A program made the translations under genes and the position numbers. A stretch of 63,059 bases of DNA, the filler included, from Octopus bimaculoides (lineage: Eukaryota), in NCBI RefSeq assembly GCF_001194135.2. It is 4 parts of 3 records of this genome, joined end to end, with 100 filler letters (N's around TTAATTAATTAA, not from the genome) between each part and the next. Parts side by side here need not be neighbours in the genome. Positions count along the whole stretch, not along the records: positions 37,104 to 61,142 come from NC_069003.1; 3 more parts are not named here. One strand, given 5' to 3'. The notes under the pieces are model-generated. The model saw only the letters and a program-made list of their open reading frames with translations. It had not been told where the DNA came from and searched no databases. Shown here piece after piece: positions 37,134 to 48,580 of this stretch (its first letter is position 1; each line of letters opens with the position of its first letter).

Positions 37134-37610
37134 GATAGTTATCGCCAAGCTTACATGGCAGTCCAGAAAAATAGGACGAATGCTGCCGTTGATTAGCTCC
37201 AAGAGGCCATCGCCTCTAGCTAGGTATGTGACACACGAACCTGTGTCCATTATAACCTTCGAACAGGGGAGGTCAGCCCTTGCTGGTCTGGCATCTACAG
37301 GCTAGTTTCAGGGCATTTGCCCTTTATCAATGTAGAGCAGCCGAACCGAGCAGGTGTCGCTACTGACCGTCTGTTCGAAGGATTATTTACCTAAATTCAG
37401 TGGAATACATCCACAGGTTTTCAAAAATAGAAATATTGATATTTCTAAGTCTCTCTAAAAGAGACTACGGCAGCGGTACTGGATATTAATAGTTATTGCC
37501 AAGCTAACATGGCAGTTCAAGAAATAGGACGAATGCTGCCGTTGATTAGCTCCAAGAGGTTATTGCTAGTTCTAGCTAGCTATGTGACACACGAACCTGT
37601 GCCCATTATA
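37134..37610 (-). mobile_element. Short element with about 115-nt direct repeats (37134-37254, 37489-37608) and a hammerhead on a long interrupted helix; pLTR-like
   Basis: The repeats align directly; inverted repeat CCTTCGAACAG (37256) / CTGTTCGAAGG (37381) encloses the HHR. Confidence 0.6.
37294..37336 (-). ncRNA. Type I hammerhead with U3-A8 core and C16.1
   Basis: UCUACA-UUGAUAA-AGGGCA-AA-UGCCCU-GAAA-CUAG-C-C-UGUAGA: 6-bp stem I, 6-bp stem II, stem III ACUAG(C). Confidence 0.65.
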
Positions 37611-37829
37611 TATATATATATATATATATATGACGAAGTATACAAACTTCCCTTATTAAGTGCCAACCTGACGTAAGTTGAAACAGCGCCGCTGAAAGAG
37701 AGAGTATTGTCCAACTCGAGACACTTACTCAAGGCGCCACACAGTGCAGTCCAACCCGGATCCGCATGATTTGCGAAGCAAACTTCATAACCTCCACACC
37801 AGGTCTGCGCCTGTATATTTGTTTCTGGC

Positions 37830-38590
37830 ACAACGCTAGAAAGATCAAGAGAGGGGGGGGGGTAAGTCGATTTCAACCGGTACTTATTTTATCGACTCCG
37901 CAAAGATGAAAAGCAAAATCGATCTCGGTGGAATTTGAACTCAAAATGTAAAGACAGACGAAATGTCACTAGGTATTTATCCCAATCCACTAACGATTCT
38001 GCCAGCTCGCCAACCTTCGTCTTCACCTGTATATTAGTCTATTATACGTGCTGATGTGCTGGGATTAAACAGCGTCCAGACGACAGTTTCCTTCTAGCAT
38101 TGACATTTATCAATTGTTTATGAATGAATGCGAAAGGGATGCCGATCTCTAGAGACACATGAATGTCCTTGTGATCATTAGATTAAATCAGTCGTCGCAT
38201 TCGTTTAAGGAGCGATGGGAACTACAGATTGGGAACGAAAAAAATCTCATCAATTTGCATTGACTTCATCGATTTTCCACTGCATTATCGAACACTACAG
38301 ATCCTAATATTTTTTTCTGCTCATATCATGGCTTCATTATTTTGAATCTAAGTTAGACGACTATACTCTATTTTTCCTTGGCAAGCTATGATATATCGGT
38401 TTCAAACTTAGGCACAAGATCAACAAGCTCGGGGGAGACCCCAGTATTCAGCTGGTACTTATTTAATCGACCCCCTAAAGGACGGAAGGAAAAGTCGACC
38501 TCGGCGGAATTTGAACTCAGAACGTAAAGACGAACGAAATGCTGCTAAGCATTTTACCCGGCGCGGTAACTATTCTGCCAGTTCACCACC
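37830..38590 (-). mobile_element. Two Meta-like SINE copies (37830-38015, 38395-38590)
   Basis: GTACTTATTT..ATCGAC, GGAATTTGAACTCA, TTCTGCCAG.TC motifs. Confidence 0.8.
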
Positions 38591-38608
38591 ATGTTTCTCA
38601 AGAACAAT

Positions 38609-38644
38609 GCAACTGATGAATCGTATGATAAAACCGTCTGTTTT
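38609..38644 (+). ncRNA. Weak hammerhead-like motif
   Basis: CUGAUGA-AUC-GUAU-GAU-AAAA-CCG-UC: G12A and a poor stem I. Confidence 0.3.
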
Positions 38645-39326
38645 ATGAAAGACGACATTCAAGTGACTTGCAGCAATGTCAGGTACAATAGCTGCAATTT
38701 CAGATGTGGATACATCGTTATAGAATGAATTCGAATAAATTTTTACCTCAGAAATAACATTTATATTCCAATTTTTTTTTTTTTTTTGTCTGATATCAAA
38801 AACATATATATATTCTTTAATTCAGTATTTTGTTTTGTTAAAACTGCTACTGGGTGACGATTGTATTTCAGACAATTTGAAACTCCATTCTTCTGATATT
38901 GATTCATTAGGTTTTGTTGTGTGCACTGCTTCTAGGGGGCATTAAATTGTAATTATATATTTAAAAACTAATTTTTATTCACCACACATAAAGATACTTA
39001 TTTTCACGAAAACAATTCTACTGTTTATGCTTTCAGACGACAGAAGTTGTGACCATACCGAAAAAAATCACACTCATTTCCCACAGTGCATTTTACGTCA
39101 ATTATAATTAAATTCCAGAGTTGTCTCCTCTACTTCTCTTGATAATAATTAATTAAGATAACGAATGTTCTTCATCACGACGGACGTCAATTTAATTCAT
39201 TTAAATATTGGCTTATTATATATGACAATGTCCAATTTGCTAGTAATTATGTAGAGATCTGGATATATTTTCACCAAACATTTTCCCTCTATATATCTTT
39301 CTATATACATAGATACACACACAAAT

Positions 39327-39398
<72 letters not shown>

Positions 39399-39604
39399 CA
39401 AAGAATATATATACATGTATACACACATATATGTACATACTTACATCTACATGTGTATATACATGCATATCAGGGTACAGGACGTTAGAACAATAAACTA
39501 CAGACAACGGAACGAACACATAGGAAAACGGAAAGCCCCTTGATGCGTAAATGTATGTCTCTGCGTTTGTTTGCCCCCTCCACACACACACACACACACA
39601 CACA

Positions 39605-39770
39605 CACCGTTTGACAACCGGTGTTAGTGTCTTTACGTCTCTATAAGTTAGCGGTTCGATAAAAGAGACCTGACTTTAAAAATAAGTGCTGGGTTGATTC
39701 GTTCGACTAAAATTCTTTTGGGCGGTGCCCCAGCATGGGTGCAGTGTTATGACTAAAATAATAATAAAAA
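39605..39770 (+). mobile_element. 3' half of a CORE-like SINE following (CA)n
   Basis: TTGACAACCGGTGTTAGTGT..., GGTGCCCCAGCATGG tail. Confidence 0.7.
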
Positions 39771-39775
39771 ATATG

Positions 39776-39937
39776 TGCTGATACCTGATTCATCCAGAGA
39801 CGAGGGAGATGTCAAGCTGAATTGTTTGATTCGAGAAAATAAAAACACGACATACTATTCATCCATCTAGACATCTTTTTATTTGTCTGCTTATTTCTTT
39901 GCAGCTTAGTAATCGTTTGCTTGTTGGTTACACTTTA
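39776..39937. repeat. About 160-nt direct repeat, copy 1 (copy 2 at 41730-41891)
   Basis: The copies differ at only about 4 positions by eye. Confidence 0.9.
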
Positions 39938-40493
39938 TACATATATAAACGTGCGCGCGTACACATACATACAAAAGCAGGCTTATATATATACACACAT
40001 ATTATACATAAATACGTATGTGTGTGTATTTGTGTGTATGTGTGTTTGTTAGGATTTTGAGCTCACAATCATAAGTTTGTGGTTTCGCATCCCGGAGCAA
40101 ACAAGGTTTTGTGTCTTTGAGCAAAGCCTTTTAATGGACGTTGGTTTAGCTGAAAATGAGTACCAGCGTAATGCTGGTGCAACCCTTTCTCTTTCCATCT
40201 TTTAATATCTTTAAATGTAAGTGGGAAGGATGGGAGTGCATCTGTGTCTGTTTGTGAATTCACAGGCACTTAAAACAGTTTGGCAAAGTAAGGAACATGC
40301 TATCACCATATTCGCTTCAGAATGACGCTTGTGGTATTTTTAAATTTTGTCAGCTATATTTGTCTGGAAATTATGGCTTCCAGATTCTACACTACAATCG
40401 TAAACCTAGAAAACTATTCCAGTAATCTGCTTTCAAGTGTCGAAATCCATGTTTCTGGATCCTCGGCAGATCCTGACCTTCCAAAGAAATCGC

Positions 40494-41690
40494 ATATCTA
40501 AGGTGATGTAATTATAGCCATGGGCGGTCTTGACGAAAATCCGATGAAAAGATATTTATGTCGGTTTACGTTGAGCAGTCGAAGAGAACAATAGTGAAAA
40601 CCAAGCTATTTGACTTAGACCAGGGCACAACAACAAGGTGTCGTCTGCACGCGACAAGCCTGATACGTTCTTCAAATAAAGAAGAGAAAGAAGTGAACTT
40701 TCTTATTGGTGTTCTTGGAAAGTCACTGATTTTATTAAGAATGACACTTGAAAATTTTGAAGTTGTACGAAATATTGCTAAGATCTGTCACGCCATATTG
40801 TCAACGTAGCATAGTCTATCAACTTAACTTCTAAGAACTTTTCTTTTTCCATAGCACGCTTAAGTAGTGTTGAAAGGAATTACAAGACGATCGCAAATAC
40901 TTTCAGTAGTTGCTACCAGCGGCATTTTTATTGTTTTAGGTCGAGGAATGAGACATTCCACTTCCGTGTCTCGGTTTACATGAGAATAGAAACCAAGATA
41001 TCTTAGAGAATTTCGGTGAGTATTGAGAAGAAAAAATTTGTTCTCTGTCGTAGCAAGAACATTTAATTCCAAAATATATAATGAAATATTTATTCGCTAA
41101 AACATCTTTCAAAACAGTAATCGTCACGACTAGTGCTACCTACTAATTAACTGCATTACTAAGTAAATAAAGTTCAACATTGTTCTTCTCTATTTCCAGC
41201 CATCTATTATCGTTCAATGAAGTATATTTTTATGGAGACAACAGAAATCTGAATTAACTCTCGCAATTTGAATGTCTTTTAATTTTCTTCAAAAAATCAC
41301 TGAAGTTAACTATGTAGAATGAAAAGTTCTTAGAAATTAAGTTGATAGATTATGCTACGTTCACAGTATGGCGTGATAAATGTTGGCAATAATATATATT
41401 TCGTACAACTTCAAAATTTTCAAATGTGTTTCTTTGTAAAACTAGTGACTTTCCAAGGGCGCCAATAAGCAAGTTCAGTTTTCTCTTCTTTATTTGAAGA
41501 CAGTATCTAGCTTGTCGTGTGCAGACGACACCTCGTTGTGGTGTCCTGTCTAAGTCAAACAGTTTGGTTTTCACTATTGTTCTAATCAACGTTTCTTCTC
41601 TTCGATTGCTAGACGCAAACTGATATAAAAATCTTTTCATCAGATTTTCGCCAAAACTGCCCTTGGCTATACTTACATCACCTTAGATAT
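40494..41690. mobile_element. Foldback-type non-autonomous element with about 350-nt inverted arms
   Basis: Arms 40494-40842 and 41322-41690; termini ATATCTAAGGTGATGTAA / TTACATCACCTTAGATAT; no ORF in the spacer. Confidence 0.8.
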
Positions 41691-42091
41691 ATTCATGGTG
41701 GCCTCATATCGAGGCATGTCTGCAAACTCTGCTGGTATCTGATTCATCCAGAGACGAGGGAGATGTGAAGCTGAATTGTTTGATTCGAGAAAATAAAAAC
41801 ACGACATACTATTCATCCATCTAGACATCTTTTTATTTGTCTACTTATTTCTTTGCAGCTTAGTAATCGTTTGCTTGTTGGTTACACTTTAATGTTAAAT
41901 CTCCTTAGCAATGAGATCTGTAATATAGATAGGGACAAAACAACTACAAAAATGTTAGCTTGACTCTTAGACGTAAAACAACCACTGCCGCCCTAGACCG
42001 ATTTTGAAGGAATAACAATCGCTGATAAACAGCTCCGAAATAGTGTTATTTGCTATGGCAGATCTCGTCACAGCAAATCAGAAAATAGTCA

Positions 42092-42335
42092 AGTGCGGCG
42101 AGCTGGCAGAAACGTTAGCACGCCGGGCGAAATGCTTAGCGGTATTTCGTTTGCCGTTACATTCTGAGTTCAAATTCCGCCGAGGTTGAGTTTGCCTTTC
42201 ATCCTTTCAGAGTCGATTAAATAAGTACCAGTTACGCACTGGGGTCGATATAATCGACTTAATCCCTTTGTCTGTCCTTGTTTGTCCCCTCTATGTTTGG
42301 CCCCTTGTGGACAATAAGGAAATAAGAAAATAGTC
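42092..42335 (+). mobile_element. Well-preserved Meta-like SINE
   Basis: GCGGCGAGCTGGCAGAAACGTTAGCACGCCGGGCG...GAGTTCAAATTCC...GCCTTTCATCCTTTC; AAGAAAATAGTCAAGTGC occurs on both sides. Confidence 0.9.
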
Positions 42336-42436
42336 AAGTGCATTTACATGTATGTAAAGTGTGAGCGGACATATAAGTACACGTTTATATACTCAGCATG
42401 TGGTAGAAATAGCTGTCAGATCTCCCTTAAATTATA

Positions 42437-43330
42437 TCCCCGGTGTCTCAGAAAAGGACATTTTCTAATGTAGTCCATAGTTCTTTGCACATCCCCGGTG
42501 TCTCAGAAAAGGACATTTTCTAATGTAGTCCATAGTTCTTTGCACATCCCCGGTGTCTCAGAAAAGGACATTTTCTAATGTNNNNNNNNNNNNNNNNNNN
42601 NNNNNNNNNNNNNNNNNNNNNNNNNNNNNNNNNNNNNNNNNNNNNNNNNNNNNNNNNNNNNNNNNNNNNNNNNNNNNNNNNNNNNNNNNNNNNNNNNNNN
42701 NNNNNNNNNNNNNNNNNNNNNNNNNNNNNNNNNNNNNNNNNNNNNNNNNNNNNNNNNNNNNNNNNNNNNNNNNNNNNNNNNNNNNNNNNNNNNNNNNNNN
42801 NNNNNNNNNNNNNNNNNNNNNNNNNNNNNNNNNNNNNNNNNNNNNNNNNNNNNNNNNNNNNNNNNNNNNNNNNNNNNNNNNNNNNNNNNNNNNNNNNNNN
42901 NNNNNNNNNNNNNNNNNNNNNNNNNNNNNNNNNNNNNNNNNNNNNNNNNNNNNNNNNNNNNNNNNNNNNNNNNNNNNNNNNNNNNNNNNNNNNNNNNNNN
43001 NNNNNNNNNNNNNNNNNNNNNNNNNNNNNNNNNNNNNNNNNNNNNNNNNNNNNNNNNNNNNNNNNNNNNNNNNNNNNNNNNNNNNNNNNNNNNNNNNNNN
43101 NNNNNNNNNNNNNNNNNNNNNNNNNNNNNNNNNNNNNNNNNNNNNNNNNNNNNNNNNNNATCCCCGGTGTCTCAGAAAAGGACATTTTCTAATGTAGTCC
43201 ATAGTTCTTTGCACATCCCCGGTGTCTCAGAAAAGGACATATTTTTTTAATGTAGTCCATAGTTCTTTGCACATCCCCGGTGTCTCAGAAAAGGACATAT
43301 TTTTTTAATGTAATCCATAGTTCTTTGCAC
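42437..43330. repeat. 55-bp minisatellite with 58-bp variants at the right end, spanning a gap
   Basis: Unit TCCCCGGTGTCTCAGAAAAGGACATTTTCTAATGTAGTCCATAGTTCTTTGCACA starts at 42437, 42492, 42547, 43161, 43216 and 43274. Confidence 0.95.
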
Positions 43331-43759
43331 AAAGAAAAAACTGGATATTCACGGCTGGAATATCTTTGATCATAAGTGACCTGGTGCTAAAACACAACAC
43401 AACACCATCCATCACTGTCAATCAGATCGACAAGAGTTAGGCGTTTATGCTAGTTCTCCGTCGCTGCTAGAAACTCGCCGCCCTGCTATTAATATTTAAC
43501 AACATTTTATCAGAGTTTGTTCTCGGCTTCTTGAGTCAGTGATGGTAATTACTTCTCGATCCGTGATGTTTGACTAACTCATAAATATCGGGAGATAATT
43601 GTTATTAATTGTTTCACCCCGGGTCAGCTTTGATCAAACAGGCCTAATAATGGTGAAAGATATTTCAACTTGAACCATCCTGTAACTTTTCTATTTCTTT
43701 ATTATTTTTTTTTTTCAATGAAGTATTGTAGTATTGTAGAGGATACCAGGAATATTGAC

Positions 43760-43955
43760 TTCGAATTTTGGCACAAGGCCATCAGTTTCGGGGATGGGGT
43801 AAACCGATTACATCGACCCCAGTGCTCGACTGATTCTTATTTTATCGACGCCGAAAGGATTAAGGGAAAAGTTGACCTCCGTGGAATTTGAACACAGAAC
43901 GTGAAGACGGACGAAACATTTTTCCCAGCGTGCTAACGATTCTGCCAGCTCGCCA
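43760..43955 (-). mobile_element. Meta-like SINE
   Basis: Family motifs on the minus strand. Confidence 0.8.
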
Positions 43956-44739
43956 CCGTAAAAAAAATCAGAAATATTGCAGTTGGCTTACTGAAGGTAG
44001 TTTAAGGACCATTTAGGATATAAATATTTTATTGAACAATTTAAATAAAATCATTCATTTGTATGTACTAGATTTTGGAGTAGGGGGTAATTATAACTGA
44101 TAAAGATAATTTTTCTTTTAATTAATTATTTTATTGTTGCATGTCTTGGACAACATTATTCAATGTGTTCTTTGATCAAAAAAAAAAAAAAGACAGTGTT
44201 ATGTGATTCGAGAGAGATTTGACTTCTGTTTCTGGTAGATCGAGCGATCATGTAAAGGCTTTTTAATTGTTGCTTACAACAGGGATTGCTATAGACGTGT
44301 TTGCAGAGACAATGGTTAAGATGCAGTGATTGTTGTAATGTTGGTGATTGCTGCAGAATGTTTGGTTGAGGCACTTGTCGTAGTTGTGGTGACGGTGGTG
44401 CTGCTATCAGGATAATGATTATAACAGGCGTAGTGGTGTGATACCAATCGTGGCTTTAGTGATGATGGTGACTATGATAGTGGTTGCGGTTATGGTTGAG
44501 GTGGCAATGAGTCGGTGACTGATGTTGAAATGGTAAACTACACTGTGTTACAATTTCTCTTATTTATTTTTATTTTTTAATTTTATTTTTTTTTTAGTCT
44601 TTGCTCAGTAAGTATTATTTACTATTTGCTTCTATCTCGAAATCAAAGGGAATGACGCGACTATTCCCCTCGTGCTTTTGTCACCTGGACGTCAATGTTT
44701 TTAAACTGACCTATTTTCCATTACATTTCAGACACATTC

Positions 44740-44940
44740 AGCGCTGAGTTGCTGAAGCAAAAATATCATTATGGCAAATATTCTGCTCAATACTACAGAT
44801 ATGCTTGCCAGTTGTTTGACCTTCACCACTTGAGCATGTCCCTTAATGACTGACAATATGTGCACCTCTGATCAAGAGCAGGAGAAGTGGGAAAAGCATC
44901 ATAGTTTTGCATTGAGAGGGATTCTTTGAGATTTGAATAA
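44740..44940. repeat. Unclassified interspersed repeat; longer relative at 62035-62530
   Basis: Shared AATATTCTGCTCAA.AC.ACAGAT.TGCTTG.CAGTT and CTCTGATCA.GAGCAG blocks. Confidence 0.65.
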
Positions 44941-45689
44941 ATATAACAAAAGCAAAACCTGAAGGGAATCTTAGCCATTTTTCATACTTTCTAGGGGTAA
45001 GTAAATAGGAAATAACAGTTACTATCCAAGAACAAAAATCGTATTACACAATGTTATAACAGATGCAGTGGTGTGATACCAACTGTAGTTTTGGTGACGA
45101 TGAGTCGGTGACCACTAGTGAGATGATGAATTATAATAGAAGTGTCAAGAGCACTAGGTGTGATTATAGGTGACCACATGACTTTTGTGATGTTGGTGAT
45201 TATTATAGAAGTGTCAGTGGTTGTGATTATAGAACTGTGTTACGGGTTAGTGACCGTTTTGACATGACGAGATAATAACTTAATGATTGTTTTGCTGAGC
45301 GTTTACCGTTTGTATTGTAACTGCTGTTGTTATAGTAGTAGTAGTAGTAGTAGTAGTAATAGTCTCTCCTTCCATCTCTCTCTCTCCCTCCCCNNNNNNN
45401 NNNNNNNNNNNNNNNNNNNNNNNNNNNNNNNNNNNNNNNNNNNNNNNNNNNNNNNNNNNNNNNNNNNNNNNNNNNNNNNNNNNNNNNNNNNNNNNNNNNN
45501 NNNNNNNNNNNNNNNNNNNNNNNNNNNNNNNNNNNNNNNNNNNNNNNNNNNNNNNNNNNNNTCCCTCCCCCCGCCTCTCTCTCTCTCCCTCCCCCCGCCT
45601 CTCTCTCTCTCTCTCTCTGATATGCATAAATGTTTTATTGTATAATAATAAGGTGCCGACTTCAAATTTTTCTTTTGTTACATTTATCC

Positions 45690-46340
45690 AAACCCTAAAG
45701 AATCCCTCTCAACACATGACTGTCATGCTTCCCCCCACTACAAAGGCGAAACATGCGGCCCCCCTTAAAATAAGGGTAGAGGAACATTGTAAAGCTGTGA
45801 CACGAGGAGATATTGAAAAATCGGGTATAGCCGATCATGTATGGAAAAACGGAGACCCCCACCCCAACGCCGTGGGATGAAGTTAAAATAATAGACTGAG
45901 AACACCACTGGAAAACACGAAAATTAAAAGAGGCAGCACATATGCTAGGACACAATAACTTCCTTAGCAGACCTAGTGCAGATATGAATGTAATTTGGGA
46001 ACCGGTATTAAGAAATGATAAAATATCAGGTTTATAAGCCCTAAAATTGACTCCGTAATTACCTACGGCATATTGCGTAGTGAATAAGAGCGCGGCTACC
46101 AACCCTCGGATTTTGTGTTCAATCCCTGTCAGGGACTTGGGTTGTAATATCAACAAAAAAAATAACATCCACAAAACACGAATACTTGAGGAATGTGAAC
46201 AGAGTACTGCATTAGTCAAATAATGGGCTGGGTTCGAAATTCCACCCGAACACCTGATGAAGGCTGGAGAGTACATCAGCCGAAACGTTGTGGTAACAAC
46301 AAACAAGGTGAGGATACTTGTCCGCCTATTGTAAATAATG
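45690..46340 (+). mobile_element. Penelope-like element 3' part: GIY-YIG domain, tRNA-like module (46066-46137), hammerhead
   Basis: YKGETCGPLKIRVEEHCKAVTRGDIEKSGIADHVWK...WDEVKIID.EHHWKTRKLKEAAHM...VLRNDKISGL* (stop 46035-46037), with frameshifts. Confidence 0.88.
46249..46294 (+). ncRNA. Minimal type I hammerhead, intact core
   Basis: AACAC-CUGAUGA-A-GGCUG-(10 nt)-CAGCC-GAAA-CG-UU-GUGGU; homologous to 235-280. Confidence 0.75.
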
Positions 46341-47069
46341 GACTTTCCCTTTTATTTGTCCCTTCCTAGGTCGAGAAAATAAAGTACTGGAATCAATATA
46401 ATTGACAATACCCCAGCGAGAAAATCCGTATGATTATGTTACATATCAGTATTCGATTAAAGTTGAAAATATTTAAGATTTTGAAACTGAATCGGTGGCA
46501 AAATATTCTGGATTGAAAGGCGGCGGAAGAACAATTCATGTTAAGTAAACCATGTGTTTGTTCTTTTAACGTAATTTATTATTTTAATCAATACAACTGT
46601 GCATACGAAGTAATACATTTCTGGTAATCTAATGTAATATATTGTTGCTATTGTTTCTGCATATGTCAAAAGCAGTGTTTGCTGATAAACTCCGACGTAA
46701 CGGGAAAACAATTGGACTGAACATCGGCCATAAGGGAGACAATCGAGTTACTTTGTTTAATCAATGAAATAAGAGGCGAAAATGAAATAAAAATACATAA
46801 AATAAAAATAAATATTTATTGAAGCAATCTCTTCTTCGTAAGTAAATTGAAAGGAAGTAGCTATTGAACAATGCGAACGCAGAGGGAGATCATTCAAAAA
46901 TCGATATCTGTTAATGTTCTAGTGTTGTTGTTTAACCCCAGGTCACTCCTGATTAAGTAACCCAATTTGTAAGGCGTTCTAAACATGATCATTACGTCTC
47001 ATTTTTAGTTGTTTCAACGAGGACTACATTATCTACGCGAGCTCATACGGATTGGCGTACAGATCTTGT

Positions 47070-47129
47070 AGGCCGACGATCGTTACGTGGTTTTATATCG
47101 GTGGGAACTGTAAGAGACTCATATGACCT
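47070..47129 (-). ncRNA. Degenerate hammerhead-like motif with stem III ACGAUCGU
   Basis: AGGUC-AUAUGA-GU...AC-GUAA-CGAUCG-UC-GGCCU: stems I and III are good, core damaged. Confidence 0.35.
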
Positions 47130-47210
47130 CTGGCTCGTCGAAACTAACGGAATCCTTAGCGGCATACATATACATACGTATATAGAATTATATATGTGTA
47201 TGGATGTTCA

Positions 47211-47601
47211 GTGGAGGCGCAATGGCCCAGTGGTTAGGGCAGCGGACTCGTGGTCATAGGATCGCGGTTTCGATTCCCAGACCGGACGTTGTGAGTGTTT
47301 ATTGAGCGAAAACACCTAAAGCTCCACGAGGCTCCGGCAGGGGATGGTGGCGAACCCTGCTGTACTCTTCCACCACAACTTTCTCTCACTCTTTCTTCCT
47401 GTTTCTGTTGTACCTGTATTTCAAAGGGTCAGCCTTGTCACACTGTGTCACGCTGAATATCCCCGAGAACTACGTTAATGGCACACATATCTGTGGAGTG
47501 CTCAGCCACTTGCACGTTAATTTCATGAGCAGGCTGTTCCGTTGATCGGATCAACTGGAACCCTCGACGTCGTAAGCGACGGAGTGCCAACAACAACAAC
47601 A
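47211..47601 (+). mobile_element. Intact tRNA(Arg)-like-headed SINE with 11-bp target-site duplication
   Basis: A box TGGCCCAGTGG, B box GTTTCGATTCC, (CAA)n tail; ATGGATGTTCA at 47200-47210 and 47602-47612. Confidence 0.93.
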
Positions 47602-47619
47602 ATGGATGTTCATCAACCC

Positions 47620-48060
47620 CAAAGTGGTGTACTAGAGAATCGTCAGCAAAATGTTTAGCGGCATTTCGTCCGTCTTTACGTTCTGAGTTCAAATTCCCCT
47701 AAGGTCGACTTTGCCTTTCATCCTTCCAGGATCGATGAAATAAGTACCAGTTGAACACTGCGGCCGATGTGATAGACTGTTCCCCTCCCCCAAAAATTTT
47801 CACGCCTTGTGCCTATAGTAGAAAGGATTATTATCATCACCACGCGGAGCCGACCTGGCAGAATCGTTAGCAGACCGGGGAAAATGCTTAGCGGCATTTC
47901 ATCCTTCTTCACGTTTTGAGTTCAACTTCCTCTATGGTCTCGACTTTGCTTTTTATCCTTTCGGTGTCGCTAAAATAAGTACCAGTTGAGTACTGGGGTC
48001 GATGTAATCGACTTGATCCCTGTCCCCGAACTTGCTAGCCCAAAATTTGAAGCCATTATT
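47620..48060 (+). mobile_element. Tandem Meta-like SINE units (2-3)
   Basis: Family motifs repeated, with ATT-rich spacers. Confidence 0.8.
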
Positions 48061-48064
48061 GTCA

Positions 48065-48580
48065 TCAACTCGTCAACATTATTGTCTCTAGCTCTAGGAT
48101 TCATGAGGCCAATTACTCCATGTTGTGTAAGCCTCCACTCAATAGGACACCAGTACGTAGCAAGGCTACTCATTTACAGCTGAGTAAAGTGGAGCAACAT
48201 GAAATAAAAGGTTTTGCTCAAGAACAAAACACCCGGTCCATGACTCGATACCACGGTCTAGCAATCGCGAGTGAAACACCCTAACCACTAGGCCACGCGC
48301 CTCCACTTCTAAACAGTATACGTCCCTTAATATCAATTACAGTGGAGGCACATGGATTAGCAGCGGTTAAGGTGTTGGGCTCATGATCGTAAGATTGTGG
48401 TTTCGATTCCAGGACCGGGCGATGTGTTGTGTTTTTGAACAAAACGCTTCCATTTCATTTTGCTCCATTCCACTCAGCAGGTGAGAATGAGTAATCCTTC
48501 GACGGGCCGGCGTCTCGTCCCGGGAAGTATATATACGTTAGAGAAACCGGGAAACCGGCCCTATGCAACTTACGGAGAAA
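48065..48580. mobile_element. Two tRNA-headed SINEs back to back (48065-48307 minus; 48341-48580 plus)
   Basis: Both start GTGGAGGC.C.TGG and share the TTTCA..TTGCTCCA..CACTCAGC block. Confidence 0.75.

Noticed and set aside
37256-37381. piggyBac-like MITE suggested by CCTTCGAACAG inverted ends
   Set aside because: No TTAA duplication; the inverted ends are better explained as the extended helix I of the enclosed hammerhead.
42437-43330. CRISPR-like array
   Set aside because: Units are contiguous with no unique spacers, and the context is eukaryotic.
44330-45290. Thr-rich, mucin-like minus-strand translations (also 33400-33680)
   Set aside because: Degenerate trinucleotide-type low complexity with frequent stops and no splice signals.
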